The notes below the pieces were generated by a model. The model did not search any database. It was given only the letters and a program-made list of their open reading frames with translations, and was not told the origin of the DNA. A stretch of DNA of 64,000 nucleotides from Gemmatimonadales bacterium (GTDB taxonomy: Bacteria; Gemmatimonadota; Gemmatimonadetes; Gemmatimonadales; GWC2-71-9): assembly GCA_035538515.1 (NCBI GenBank), contig DATLKF010000010.1, positions 194,679 to 258,678 on the forward strand, read 5' to 3'. Of the stretch, positions 37,206 to 45,208 are shown piece by piece (positions within the stretch are counted from its first letter, which is position 1; each line of letters begins with the position of its first letter). The translations under genes and the position numbers were made by a program.

Positions 37206-38648
37206 ATGGCCATGGCGCAACGGTGGGGAACGCCGCTCGCTGCGTTACTCGTCACGACTCCCGCGGTATCCGCCCAAAGTTTCGTGGGAAAACGCGCCGT
37301 TGTCTACACGACGGCCGAGAGCACCAGTTTCCGGCTCAGCCCCAGCGACACCTTGACGTTCCAGCCGTCCGAACCGATCTCGGAGCGGAACGTGTACGTC
37401 TTCGTCGATCCGCGGCGCATGTTTCAAACGATGATCGGCATCGGCGGGGCCTTGACCGACGCCGCCGCCGAGACGTTCGCGAAACTGCCGCCGGCCCGCC
37501 AGGACGAGGTGATCACCGCCTATTACAACCCCGACCAGGGGATCGGCTACACCCTGGGCCGAACGAACATCCACAGCTGCGACTTCTCGAGCGAGAGCTA
37601 CACATACGTGACGGAAGGGGATACGACCCTGTCATCCTTTTCCATCGCGCACGATCTGCGCTACCGCATCCCCCTGATCAAGCGCGCCATGGCGGCGAGC
37701 GGCAACAAGCTGAAGCTCTTCGCCAGTCCGTGGAGCCCGCCGGCGTGGATGAAGGACAATCACGACATGCTGCACGGCGGTCACCTGATGCCGGCGTTCT
37801 ACCGTGCCTGGGCCCTCTATTTCACGAAGTTCATCAAGAGCTACCGGCAGGCGGGGGTGCCGATTTGGGCCATCACGATCCAGAACGAGCCGTTGGCGAC
37901 GCAGACGTGGGAATCCTGCGTGTTTCAGGCGACGGACGAACGCGATTTCCTCAAGCATGCGCTCGGTCCGGTGATGGTGGAGCAGGGACTGCGCGATGTG
38001 CACATCATGGTGTGGGACCACAACCGCGACCTCATCGTGCAGCGGGCGCAGACGATCTTCGACGATCCCGGCGCGGCGAAGTACGTTTGGGGAATCGGCT
38101 TTCACTGGTACGAGGCCTGGTCGGGTGGCACGCAGATGTACGACAATGTCGCGCTGGTGCATCAGGTCTACCCGGACAAGCACATCCTGTTTACCGAGGG
38201 CACTCCGGCCAACTTCGACTCGACGGGATACGAGCGATGGAGCCTGGGCGAGGCGTACGGACGGTCGATGATCCACGATTTCAATTCGGGGACGGAAGGG
38301 TGGACCGACTGGAACATCCTGCTCGATGAGCGGGGCGGTCCCAACCACGTCGGGAACTTCTGTTTCGCCCCGATTCATGGTGACACCCGGACCGGCAAGC
38401 TCATCTACACCAACTCGTACTACTATATCGGGCACTTCTCGAAGTTCATCCGGCCCGGCGCCCGGAGAACTCTCGCGTCGCCGAGCCGCAGCATGCTGTT
38501 GACGACAGCGTTCATCAATGAGGACGGGAAGGTGGCCGTGGTCGTGATGAATCCGACGGCAACGGCGGGAGAGTACAACCTCGTGGTCGGCCCGGCGTCG
38601 GTGCAGATCGCCTCGCGTCCGCATTCCATCCAGACGGTGGTGTTCTAA
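37206..38648 (+). CDS. Glycoside hydrolase family 30 (glucosylceramidase-like)
   Basis: Signal peptide, MIGIGGALTDAAA, ASPWSPPAWMK, ITIQNEP. ATG 37206 lies within the longer ORF 36372..38648. Confidence 0.88.
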   Translation: MAMAQRWGTPLAALLVTTPAVSAQSFVGKRAVVYTTAESTSFRLSPSDTLTFQPSEPISERNVYVFVDPRRMFQTMIGIGGALTDAAAETFAKLPPARQDEVITAYYNPDQGIGYTLGRTNIHSCDFSSESYTYVTEGDTTLSSFSIAHDLRYRIPLIKRAMAASGNKLKLFASPWSPPAWMKDNHDMLHGGHLMPAFYRAWALYFTKFIKSYRQAGVPIWAITIQNEPLATQTWESCVFQATDERDFLKHALGPVMVEQGLRDVHIMVWDHNRDLIVQRAQTIFDDPGAAKYVWGIGFHWYEAWSGGTQMYDNVALVHQVYPDKHILFTEGTPANFDSTGYERWSLGEAYGRSMIHDFNSGTEGWTDWNILLDERGGPNHVGNFCFAPIHGDTRTGKLIYTNSYYYIGHFSKFIRPGARRTLASPSRSMLLTTAFINEDGKVAVVVMNPTATAGEYNLVVGPASVQIASRPHSIQTVVF

Positions 38649-38660
38649 GGGGGTTACGTC

Positions 38661-40634
38661 ATGATCACGCAGCGACTGACACGAGCCGTGCTCGCATCAT
38701 TGGCATTGGTAACGCCTTCGTTGTCGGCGCAGAATGCTGCGGCCCCGGCCGCCCCGTCACCGGATCGCCGGGTGGGACTGCGCGCCGGTTGGTGGGATGC
38801 CGGCCAAGCCGCATGGAACCTGCGCCTGGTCTCGACGAGCCCGCCGACGAAGGACTTCATCCCGGCCACGGCCGGCGATTTCGACTACATGAACTCCGAT
38901 TTGGCGTTCGACGGGCACTACGTCATCCAGGGCAACTTCCGCGGCTTTCAGGTATGGGACGTCGCGGATCCCGCCCATCCCCATCTCGTGCACGCCGAGA
39001 CATGCCCGGAGCAGCAGAATGACGTGTCGGTATACCGCAACCTGCTGTTCCTCTCGGGTGAGTCGCCCAACGGGCGCTTGGACTGCGGCACGCAGGGCGT
39101 GAGCGACCGGGTAAGTCCCGTACGGATGCGCGGGGTTCGGGTCCTCGACATCGGCGATCTCACTCACCCTCGCATCCTGGCGAACGTGCAGACCTGCCGT
39201 GGATCCCACACGCACACACTGGTGACCGACCCGAAGGATACGAGCGTCGTCTACATCTATGTGTCCGGCCAGGCCCCGGTACGTCCGGCCGAGGAGCTGG
39301 CGGGGTGCTCATCCGCGCTGCCGGAGCAGGACACGGCGTCGGCGCGTTTCCGGATCGACATCATCCGCGTACCGTTGGCCCATCCGGAGCAGGCGAGCAT
39401 CGTGAGCCGTCCGCGGATTTTCGAGGCACTGGTCGCGCCGCCCACACACGGTCCCGCGCCCGCCGACTCCGCGGCCGCAGCGCGCTTCGCCGACTCCGCG
39501 CAGGCGAGAGGGGCGTTCGTCGCGAGGTTTCAAGGAGAGCCCGTCGTGCTACCGCCACAATTCACCAACGGCATGCTCGACAGCATCGTGCGGAGTCGTG
39601 GCGGCGCCGGCGCGCCCACGGCAGCCGATAGCGTCGCACTGCGCGGCGCCCTCCAGGGCATCATCGACGCGATGTTCCTGGCGCCCATGGGGCCGGGCGG
39701 TGTGCGGCACGGCCCCGATCAGTGCCATGACATCACCGTGTATCCGGCGCTCGGTCTCGCCGCTGGTGCCTGCGCCGGCTACGGCCTGTTGCTCGACATC
39801 CGGGATCCCATTCACCCCGTCCGTCTCGCGGCCGCCTCGGATTCGAACTTCTCCTACTGGCACTCGGCGACATTCAACAACGATGGGACCAAGGTACTGT
39901 TCACCGACGAGTGGGGCGGTGGTGTGGCGCCGCGCTGCCGGGCGACGGACAAGCCGGAATGGGGCGCCGATGCGATCTTCACGGTGGCGAACCATGGACT
40001 CGCCTTCCGTGGCTATTACAAGCTGCCGGCCATCCAGACGGCGACTGAAAACTGCGTGGCGCACAACGGCAACCTGATTCCAGTCCCCGGCCGCGACATC
40101 ATGGTGCAAGGCTGGTACCAGGGCGGCGTCTCGGTGTTCGACTGGACCGATCCCGCGCACCCGACCGAGGTCGCGTATTTCGATCGTGGGCCGATGGACT
40201 CGACCAAGCTCGAGCTCGCGGGCAGCTGGTCGGCCTACTGGTACAACGGCTACATCTACAGCTCCGAGATCGGCCGCGGGCTCGACGTTCTCGAGCTCCA
40301 GCCCAACGCCCTGCTCACGCAGAACGAGATCGACGCCGCGAAGCTCGTGAAGGCCGCATATCAGAACGTCCAGGATCAGCAGCGGGTGACCTGGCCCGCG
40401 AGCTTCGTGGTGGCGCGTGCCTACCTCGATCAGCTCGACCGGTCGCGCGGCCTGGCGCCAGGTCGCATCAGCGCTGTGCGAACGGCGCTCGCGAGCGCGG
40501 AACGGGCGACCGGCCGCCGGCGGCGGAGTGCGCTGACCGCGCTCACCATGGAGATCGAGCGGGATGCCGCCAGCGCGGCGGATGCGGAGAAGGTGCGCGC
40601 GCTAGCGGGGGCGGTGCGGGAGCTGGCGCGGTAG
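38661..40634 (+). CDS. Secreted LVIVD-repeat-like beta-propeller protein
   Basis: Signal peptide. Recurrent xxVxDxxDPxxP strands (FQVWDVADPAHP, VRVLDIGDLTHP, LLLDIRDPIHP, VSVFDWTDPAHP). Helical C-terminal tail. Confidence 0.55.
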   Translation: MITQRLTRAVLASLALVTPSLSAQNAAAPAAPSPDRRVGLRAGWWDAGQAAWNLRLVSTSPPTKDFIPATAGDFDYMNSDLAFDGHYVIQGNFRGFQVWDVADPAHPHLVHAETCPEQQNDVSVYRNLLFLSGESPNGRLDCGTQGVSDRVSPVRMRGVRVLDIGDLTHPRILANVQTCRGSHTHTLVTDPKDTSVVYIYVSGQAPVRPAEELAGCSSALPEQDTASARFRIDIIRVPLAHPEQASIVSRPRIFEALVAPPTHGPAPADSAAAARFADSAQARGAFVARFQGEPVVLPPQFTNGMLDSIVRSRGGAGAPTAADSVALRGALQGIIDAMFLAPMGPGGVRHGPDQCHDITVYPALGLAAGACAGYGLLLDIRDPIHPVRLAAASDSNFSYWHSATFNNDGTKVLFTDEWGGGVAPRCRATDKPEWGADAIFTVANHGLAFRGYYKLPAIQTATENCVAHNGNLIPVPGRDIMVQGWYQGGVSVFDWTDPAHPTEVAYFDRGPMDSTKLELAGSWSAYWYNGYIYSSEIGRGLDVLELQPNALLTQNEIDAAKLVKAAYQNVQDQQRVTWPASFVVARAYLDQLDRSRGLAPGRISAVRTALASAERATGRRRRSALTALTMEIERDAASAADAEKVRALAGAVRELAR

Positions 40635-41795
40635 TTGTCTGCTTCGCGTCGTCCGGCGCGTGTTGCGAACCAGCTTCCAGAACTGGCGATCACCGATCAC
40701 CGTCACGACGTGTCCCTTCGCGGCAAGGCGCTGGACCTCGATCAGCTTGGTGCCGCCGCCGGCGCCGGCGATCTGGAGCGCGTTGGGTCGCCCGCGCACG
40801 AGGACGTCAGTGGAGCGCCCGGGTTTCGACTGCACGATGGCGCCGGCTCGGCGCGCCGCGGCGATCGCATCGTTGCGGGGACGGCTGAGGAATCCCGTGA
40901 ACGACAGCCGCTTGCCTGCGAGGCTCTGCACCCGCCCGAATTGCGGCGCCGTGCGGGGATGGCGCAGCGCGGTCATCAGCTCGCCTGCGGCGGCGTAGCG
41001 CCGTCCGCGACCGCCCAGGCAGCGGTAAATGACTTCCTTGAGGTGATCGCTGCACGGCAGTTTGCGGACGTCGCGACTGCGAATCGGGCTCATCGTGTCG
41101 CCGCGCAGTAACATCACGGCGATCAGCCCGACCTGGTAGATGTCGTCGCGCTGCTGCCAGCGCCGCACCCTCCCCCAGGCGATCTCGTTCGGGACGTTGA
41201 ACAAATTGAACGCATCGGCGGTCACGCCGCGGCGGCTGAGCTGATGCGTGGCGATCCCAAAATCGCCCAGCTTCAGCTGCTCGTGCTCGCACACGAACAC
41301 GTTGAACGGCGTCAGATCCCGGTGCAGGGCCTGCCCCCGGTGCAGTGCATCGAGGACGGAGAGCACCGCGGCGATCTCACGCCGCACGAACCGTTCGGAC
41401 TGCGGCCCCTTGCCCTCCAGCCACGAGCCGAGATCGCCGTGCTCGGCGTACTCCATCGTCAGGCAATAGCGCGTGCGTCCGCCGTCGACGACGACGAATC
41501 GGTCGTGAATGCGCAGCGCGCGCTGCTCGCGGCTCAGGAGCTCGGCGAAGTAGGCCTCGCGCAGCCAGGGGGACAGTCGGTCGGTGATCTTGACGCACAC
41601 CTTGGGCGGTAGCGCACCCCGAGGGTGGGCCGTGGCTAGGTAGACCTCCCCGAACCCGCCCTTCCCGATCAGCCGCTGCAGACGATAGGTCCGCTCGCTC
41701 TCGCTGCTGACCACGGCGGACGGTGCGGCCTGCGCCGGCTGCTCGGTCGGCTGCGTGGGAGACAGGCGCGTACGTGTCGCCATGCGATGTCGCAA
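40602..41795 (-). CDS. Ser/Thr protein kinase fused to a C-terminal BRCT domain
   Basis: Kinase motifs GKGGFGEVY, VCVKI, HRDLTPFN and LGDFGIA. The C-terminus LAGKRLSFTGFLSRPRNDAIAAARRAGAIVQSKPGRSTDVLVRG...GTKLIEVQRL..VTVIGDRQFWKLV follows the LigA-type BRCT pattern. The 3' end overlaps the convergent gene by 33 nt. Confidence 0.8.
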   Translation of the reverse strand: MRHRMATRTRLSPTQPTEQPAQAAPSAVVSSESERTYRLQRLIGKGGFGEVYLATAHPRGALPPKVCVKITDRLSPWLREAYFAELLSREQRALRIHDRFVVVDGGRTRYCLTMEYAEHGDLGSWLEGKGPQSERFVRREIAAVLSVLDALHRGQALHRDLTPFNVFVCEHEQLKLGDFGIATHQLSRRGVTADAFNLFNVPNEIAWGRVRRWQQRDDIYQVGLIAVMLLRGDTMSPIRSRDVRKLPCSDHLKEVIYRCLGGRGRRYAAAGELMTALRHPRTAPQFGRVQSLAGKRLSFTGFLSRPRNDAIAAARRAGAIVQSKPGRSTDVLVRGRPNALQIAGAGGGTKLIEVQRLAAKGHVVTVIGDRQFWKLVRNTRRTTRSRQLPRQLPHRPR

Positions 41796-41836
41796 GTGCC
41801 GAAGAGTCTACTATTTGGCCCCAGTCACCCGTGCCG

Positions 41837-42610
41837 TCAAGACTTGTAGGTGAAATCCACAGTCTTCGTCTCGGTGCCCGTTACCGTCACCGTGGCCGTT
41901 CGACTCCCGTACTTCTCGTGCCACGCCTCGATCGTGTAGGTGCCGGGCGGCAGGTCCTTGATGGTGAACCTGCCGTCACTGCCCGTCGTTGCGAAGAAGG
42001 GATATGGCAGGACGCCGGCGAAGGCGTGCATCCATCCGTGCACGTTGCACTCAAACGGCAGCATGTCCTCGCGCGCGGTGAAGGTGCGCTCCGTGGTCAT
42101 GCCGGCGGCGGGCTGGCTGATGTTGAACGGGCGGTTCTCCTTCCCCATCGCCTTGATGTTGTGGAGCAGCGGATCGCTGTTCACGATCCTGAGGGGCTGG
42201 CCGACCATGATCCCGAACACCCGCGGATGGTACAGGCATCCCTTTTGGTCGATGACGACCGGCGTCGTGGGCGGAGCGTACGTCGCACCTGCCGGGACGC
42301 CGGTCTTCACGTACACGAACACGTCGGACAGCGTCCCGTTCGGGTTCACGACGGCGATTGGCTCATGCGGCGGGGCGGTGTAGTCACCCTTGCACTTCGG
42401 CTCCTCACTCATGTCGATCGGCGGGTTGGCGGGCGCCCGGCCGACGAACTTCACCTCCCCGGTGACGGTTGCGCCCCCCGCGGGTGCACTGGGTGCTGCC
42501 GCGGGCTGCGCAGGGGCCGACTCCCGTGGGGAGGACTTGTCGCCCTGGCCACAGGCTAGGACGAACACCAGCAGTCCCACTCCTGGTGCGACCGGTCCAA
42601 GGTTGCGCAT
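41837..42610 (-). CDS. Cupredoxin-like (amicyanin-type ligand pattern) lipoprotein with C-terminal CarboxypepD_reg-like domain
   Basis: Lipobox FVLACG. LLHNI ... about 38 aa ... CNVHGWM gives H...C-x2-H-x2-M. The C-terminal TTGSDGRFTIKDLPPGTYTIEAWHEKYG indicates a CarboxypepD_reg-like fold. Confidence 0.6.
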   Translation of the reverse strand: MRNLGPVAPGVGLLVFVLACGQGDKSSPRESAPAQPAAAPSAPAGGATVTGEVKFVGRAPANPPIDMSEEPKCKGDYTAPPHEPIAVVNPNGTLSDVFVYVKTGVPAGATYAPPTTPVVIDQKGCLYHPRVFGIMVGQPLRIVNSDPLLHNIKAMGKENRPFNISQPAAGMTTERTFTAREDMLPFECNVHGWMHAFAGVLPYPFFATTGSDGRFTIKDLPPGTYTIEAWHEKYGSRTATVTVTGTETKTVDFTYKS

Positions 42611-42611
42611 G

Positions 42612-43127
42612 TCAGCGGCTCGCCACCACTGGCTGAATCCGCAGCTGACCGCGCAGCTCGCCGCCGGGGTGGGCGCGCGTGTGCACGGTCACATAGGCGT
42701 CGTCTTTACGGAGTGCTTGCTCGAGCCTCCGCATGGTCGTCCCGTGTAGGTCGTTCGCTCGCAAGGTGCCGCTCGCGAGCAGGCCAGAAACGGGCCCCGC
42801 CTTGAGGCCCTCGAACAGGTCTGCCACGACTGGCTGGTCCTCGCGGGCACGCCCGATGTGGATGTACGCGCCGGTGACGTCCTTCATCGACTCGACGTCT
42901 ACCCGGTAACGCAGCCGCGAGCCATCGAGCGTCAACTCGGTCGTTCCAGTCGCCGCGGTTTCGACCGCCGGGATTTCGTAGCCCCCGCTCAGCACGGAGA
43001 CGAACGTCTCCCGCGATGTGGCATGCCGTGGTTCGGCCTTCTGAGTCGCGGGTTTTTTGGTGGCCTGCGCGCCGGCCGTACCGGCGACGAACAGACTGGC
43101 TAGTGCAGCAAGAAGGGCGTTTCGCAT
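42612..43127 (-). CDS. CHRD domain-containing secreted protein
   Basis: Signal peptide. LSGGYEIPAV..ATGTTEL, AYIHIGRA and YVTVHTRAHPGGELRGQL are typical CHRD motifs. Confidence 0.7.
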   Translation of the reverse strand: MRNALLAALASLFVAGTAGAQATKKPATQKAEPRHATSRETFVSVLSGGYEIPAVETAATGTTELTLDGSRLRYRVDVESMKDVTGAYIHIGRAREDQPVVADLFEGLKAGPVSGLLASGTLRANDLHGTTMRRLEQALRKDDAYVTVHTRAHPGGELRGQLRIQPVVASR

Positions 43128-43184
43128 GTTCTCACTCTCCTCTGGTGACTCCTTGGTGTTCCTCGTTCCTTGTTGACGCGTGTC

Positions 43185-43376
43185 TCAGACGGTGTGGGAC
43201 AGTCCCTGGGTGGCGATCTGCTGCAAGATCTTGCGCAGGAATGTCTCCTTCCGCTTGAGCCGTTCCCGGAACTCGGGCGCGTCGGTATGCGCGATTTTCG
43301 TTCGCAGCTCCGAGAGGTACTCGATGAGGACCTCTTCCAGCACTGCCGCTCCTTCGACGGTCAACGTCAGCTCCAC
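43185..43376 (-). CDS. Small (63 aa) helical hypothetical protein
   Basis: GTG start 9-13 nt after the GGAGGGGGG tract. Amphipathic charged helices (LIEYLSELRTKIAHTDAPEFRERLKRKETFLRKILQQI). No signal peptide. Confidence 0.5.
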   Translation of the reverse strand: MELTLTVEGAAVLEEVLIEYLSELRTKIAHTDAPEFRERLKRKETFLRKILQQIATQGLSHTV

Positions 43377-43382
43377 AAACCG

Positions 43383-43601
43383 TCACCCCCCTCCGCCCGT
43401 CCCCCGGCGCTGCGCGTAGGCCTTCATCTGCGCGACTGCTCGGAGCCCGGCGATCGAGTCTGCCCGTGGCGTTCGGGCGCTCACTAGGGGAACGGGAGCG
43501 GGAACGGGCGCGGGCGTCACCGTCTGGGGTGGAGGGCCGGCACACGCCGCGACCGCGGTCAATAAGCCTGCCGAGATCAGTAGCTCGAGACCCATGATCA
43601 T
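43383..43601 (-). CDS. Small (72 aa) Pro-rich lipoprotein
   Basis: Strong SD GGAAGGAGGAG. Lipobox LLTAVAAC followed by a PxP-rich linker. Confidence 0.5.
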   Translation of the reverse strand: MIMGLELLISAGLLTAVAACAGPPPQTVTPAPVPAPVPLVSARTPRADSIAGLRAVAQMKAYAQRRGTGGGG

Positions 43602-43725
43602 GTTTCACTCCTCCTTCCATGGAGTCACCATGTCCACGGGGAGGAGTCGGGACTACTGGAAGAACTATGGGGAGTGAGGAGGCAGTATCATCCAGGACGG
43701 GGGTGATACGTCCTTCAACCGCGTT

Positions 43726-44379
43726 TCAGATTTCAAAGGCGACGAGGCCGTGTCCAATCGCCCACCGGACCAGCCCGGCGATGTCGTGGATCTCGAGCCG
43801 ATTCATCAAGTCGGCCCGATGTCGTTCCACCGTCTTCACGCTCAGGCCGAGCCGTTGCGCAATCTGTTTCGACGTGCATCCCTCGGCGATGAGCTGCAAG
43901 ATCTCCCGTTGGCGTGGCGTCAGGCGCTCCACATCGCCCGGCCGCTCGGCGTCGCGAGTCAGGTATTCCGGGATGACCCGCTTGGCGACACGCGGGCCGA
44001 GGTAGAGGTCCCCTCGCGCGACGGCGCGGATCGCCAGCTCCAGCTCCGGGCCACTAGCCGTCTTGAGCAGGTAGCCCGTGGCTCCCGCCTTGAGCGCGCG
44101 ATTGACATAGGCCTCGTCGGGATGCATGGACAGCACGAGCACTTTCACGCCGGGGACGTCGCGCAGGATCTGCGCGGTGGCGTCCAATCCGTTCAGGTCC
44201 GGCATCGTGATGTCCATCAGCACGACGTCGGGCCGTTGCTGGCTCGCGAGCTGCCGCGCCTCTCGGCCGTTGGACGCCTCCGCGACGACCGTGATCCCCG
44301 AGAAGCCGTTGATCAGCGCCCGCAGCCCGGATCGGAACAGGGCGTGGTCGTCAGCGAGCAGGACGCGAATCGTACTCAT
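43726..44379 (-). CDS. NarL/FixJ (LuxR-type HTH) response regulator
   Basis: REC domain (IRVLLADDH...DVVLMDITMPDLNG) and HTH (LTPRQREILQLIAEGCTSKQIAQRLGLSVKTVERHR). The ATG overlaps the HK stop (ATGA). Confidence 0.92.
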   Translation of the reverse strand: MSTIRVLLADDHALFRSGLRALINGFSGITVVAEASNGREARQLASQQRPDVVLMDITMPDLNGLDATAQILRDVPGVKVLVLSMHPDEAYVNRALKAGATGYLLKTASGPELELAIRAVARGDLYLGPRVAKRVIPEYLTRDAERPGDVERLTPRQREILQLIAEGCTSKQIAQRLGLSVKTVERHRADLMNRLEIHDIAGLVRWAIGHGLVAFEI

Positions 44380-45140
44380 CGGCTGGTGACCGGATCGCCC
44401 ACACGCAGCGGGAAGCGAGCGCACACGAGCGTTCCCGCGGCCGGCCGCGAGTCGATCTCGAGCTCTCCACCGACGTACTGCGCGCGCTCGCTCATCCCCA
44501 CGAGTCCGAGCCGGCGCTCGACCGGAGCCGTGGCCTGCAGGGTGGGGGCGTCGAATCCGACGCCGTCATCCCGCACCGCGAGCCGCAGGCAGGCATCATC
44601 CGTGCGGAGGTCGACCTCCAACCGTTTAGCCCTGGCATGACGCACCACGTTGGTGACCGCTTCCTGAACGATGCGGAAGCACGCCACTTCGACCTCCTTA
44701 GAGACTTGACCGTCAACCGAGATCGCAAGACCGAGTGACAACTTCGTGGGTGCCGTCTGGCGCTTGATGTACGCGTCCACCGCCGCCGCCAGGCCCAAGT
44801 CGTCGAGCAACGAGGGCCGAAGGTCGAACGACAGGGTCTGCACCTGCTCCACGGCACGCTTCACGGCCGCGATCGACTCGCTCACCCGTGCCAGCAGTGC
44901 AGGATCCCGAATGTCCCGGTGGAGCGACTCCAGGTTCACCTTCACCGCGCTGAGCGTCTGACCGATCTGGTCGTGCAGCTCCCGCGCGATGAGTGTACGC
45001 TCCATTTCCTGCACCTCGACCAGGCGGCGGGACAGCGCTTGCAGCTGATGCCGGCTATCCTGCCGTGAGCGTCGCTTCATGAAGCCAATATAGACGATGG
45101 CCGCGCTGGGCCGAGCGGCAAGTCGCAAAACACTGTGCAA
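44376..45140 (-). CDS. Short cytoplasmic histidine kinase (HisKA_3 + HATPase_c only)
   Basis: H-box IARELHDQIGQTL and ATPase N-box/G-box (VTNVVRHA, DDGVGF, GLVGMSERA). No TM segment or recognisable sensor domain. Alternative start at 45080. Confidence 0.85.
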   Translation of the reverse strand: MHSVLRLAARPSAAIVYIGFMKRRSRQDSRHQLQALSRRLVEVQEMERTLIARELHDQIGQTLSAVKVNLESLHRDIRDPALLARVSESIAAVKRAVEQVQTLSFDLRPSLLDDLGLAAAVDAYIKRQTAPTKLSLGLAISVDGQVSKEVEVACFRIVQEAVTNVVRHARAKRLEVDLRTDDACLRLAVRDDGVGFDAPTLQATAPVERRLGLVGMSERAQYVGGELEIDSRPAAGTLVCARFPLRVGDPVTSR

Positions 45141-45208
45141 CAGGCGGGGAAATCACCCAGATCGGCGGACTGGGAGGTTCTCCCCGGCGCCTGTGGGCGA
45201 ATGCCCTC

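Noticed and set aside
35982-37220. N-terminal 413 codons of the 710-aa ORF 35088..37220 (-).
   Set aside because: This part overlaps the DmpA peptidase gene out of frame and is Arg/Gly-rich junk. The creatininase homology, signal peptide and SD begin at TTG 35981.
43377-43385. In-frame TGA between the two small ORFs as a selenocysteine codon.
   Set aside because: There is no convincing SECIS-like hairpin directly downstream (only a 4-bp GACG/CGTC stem). A G-rich SD plus GTG start explains the arrangement more simply.
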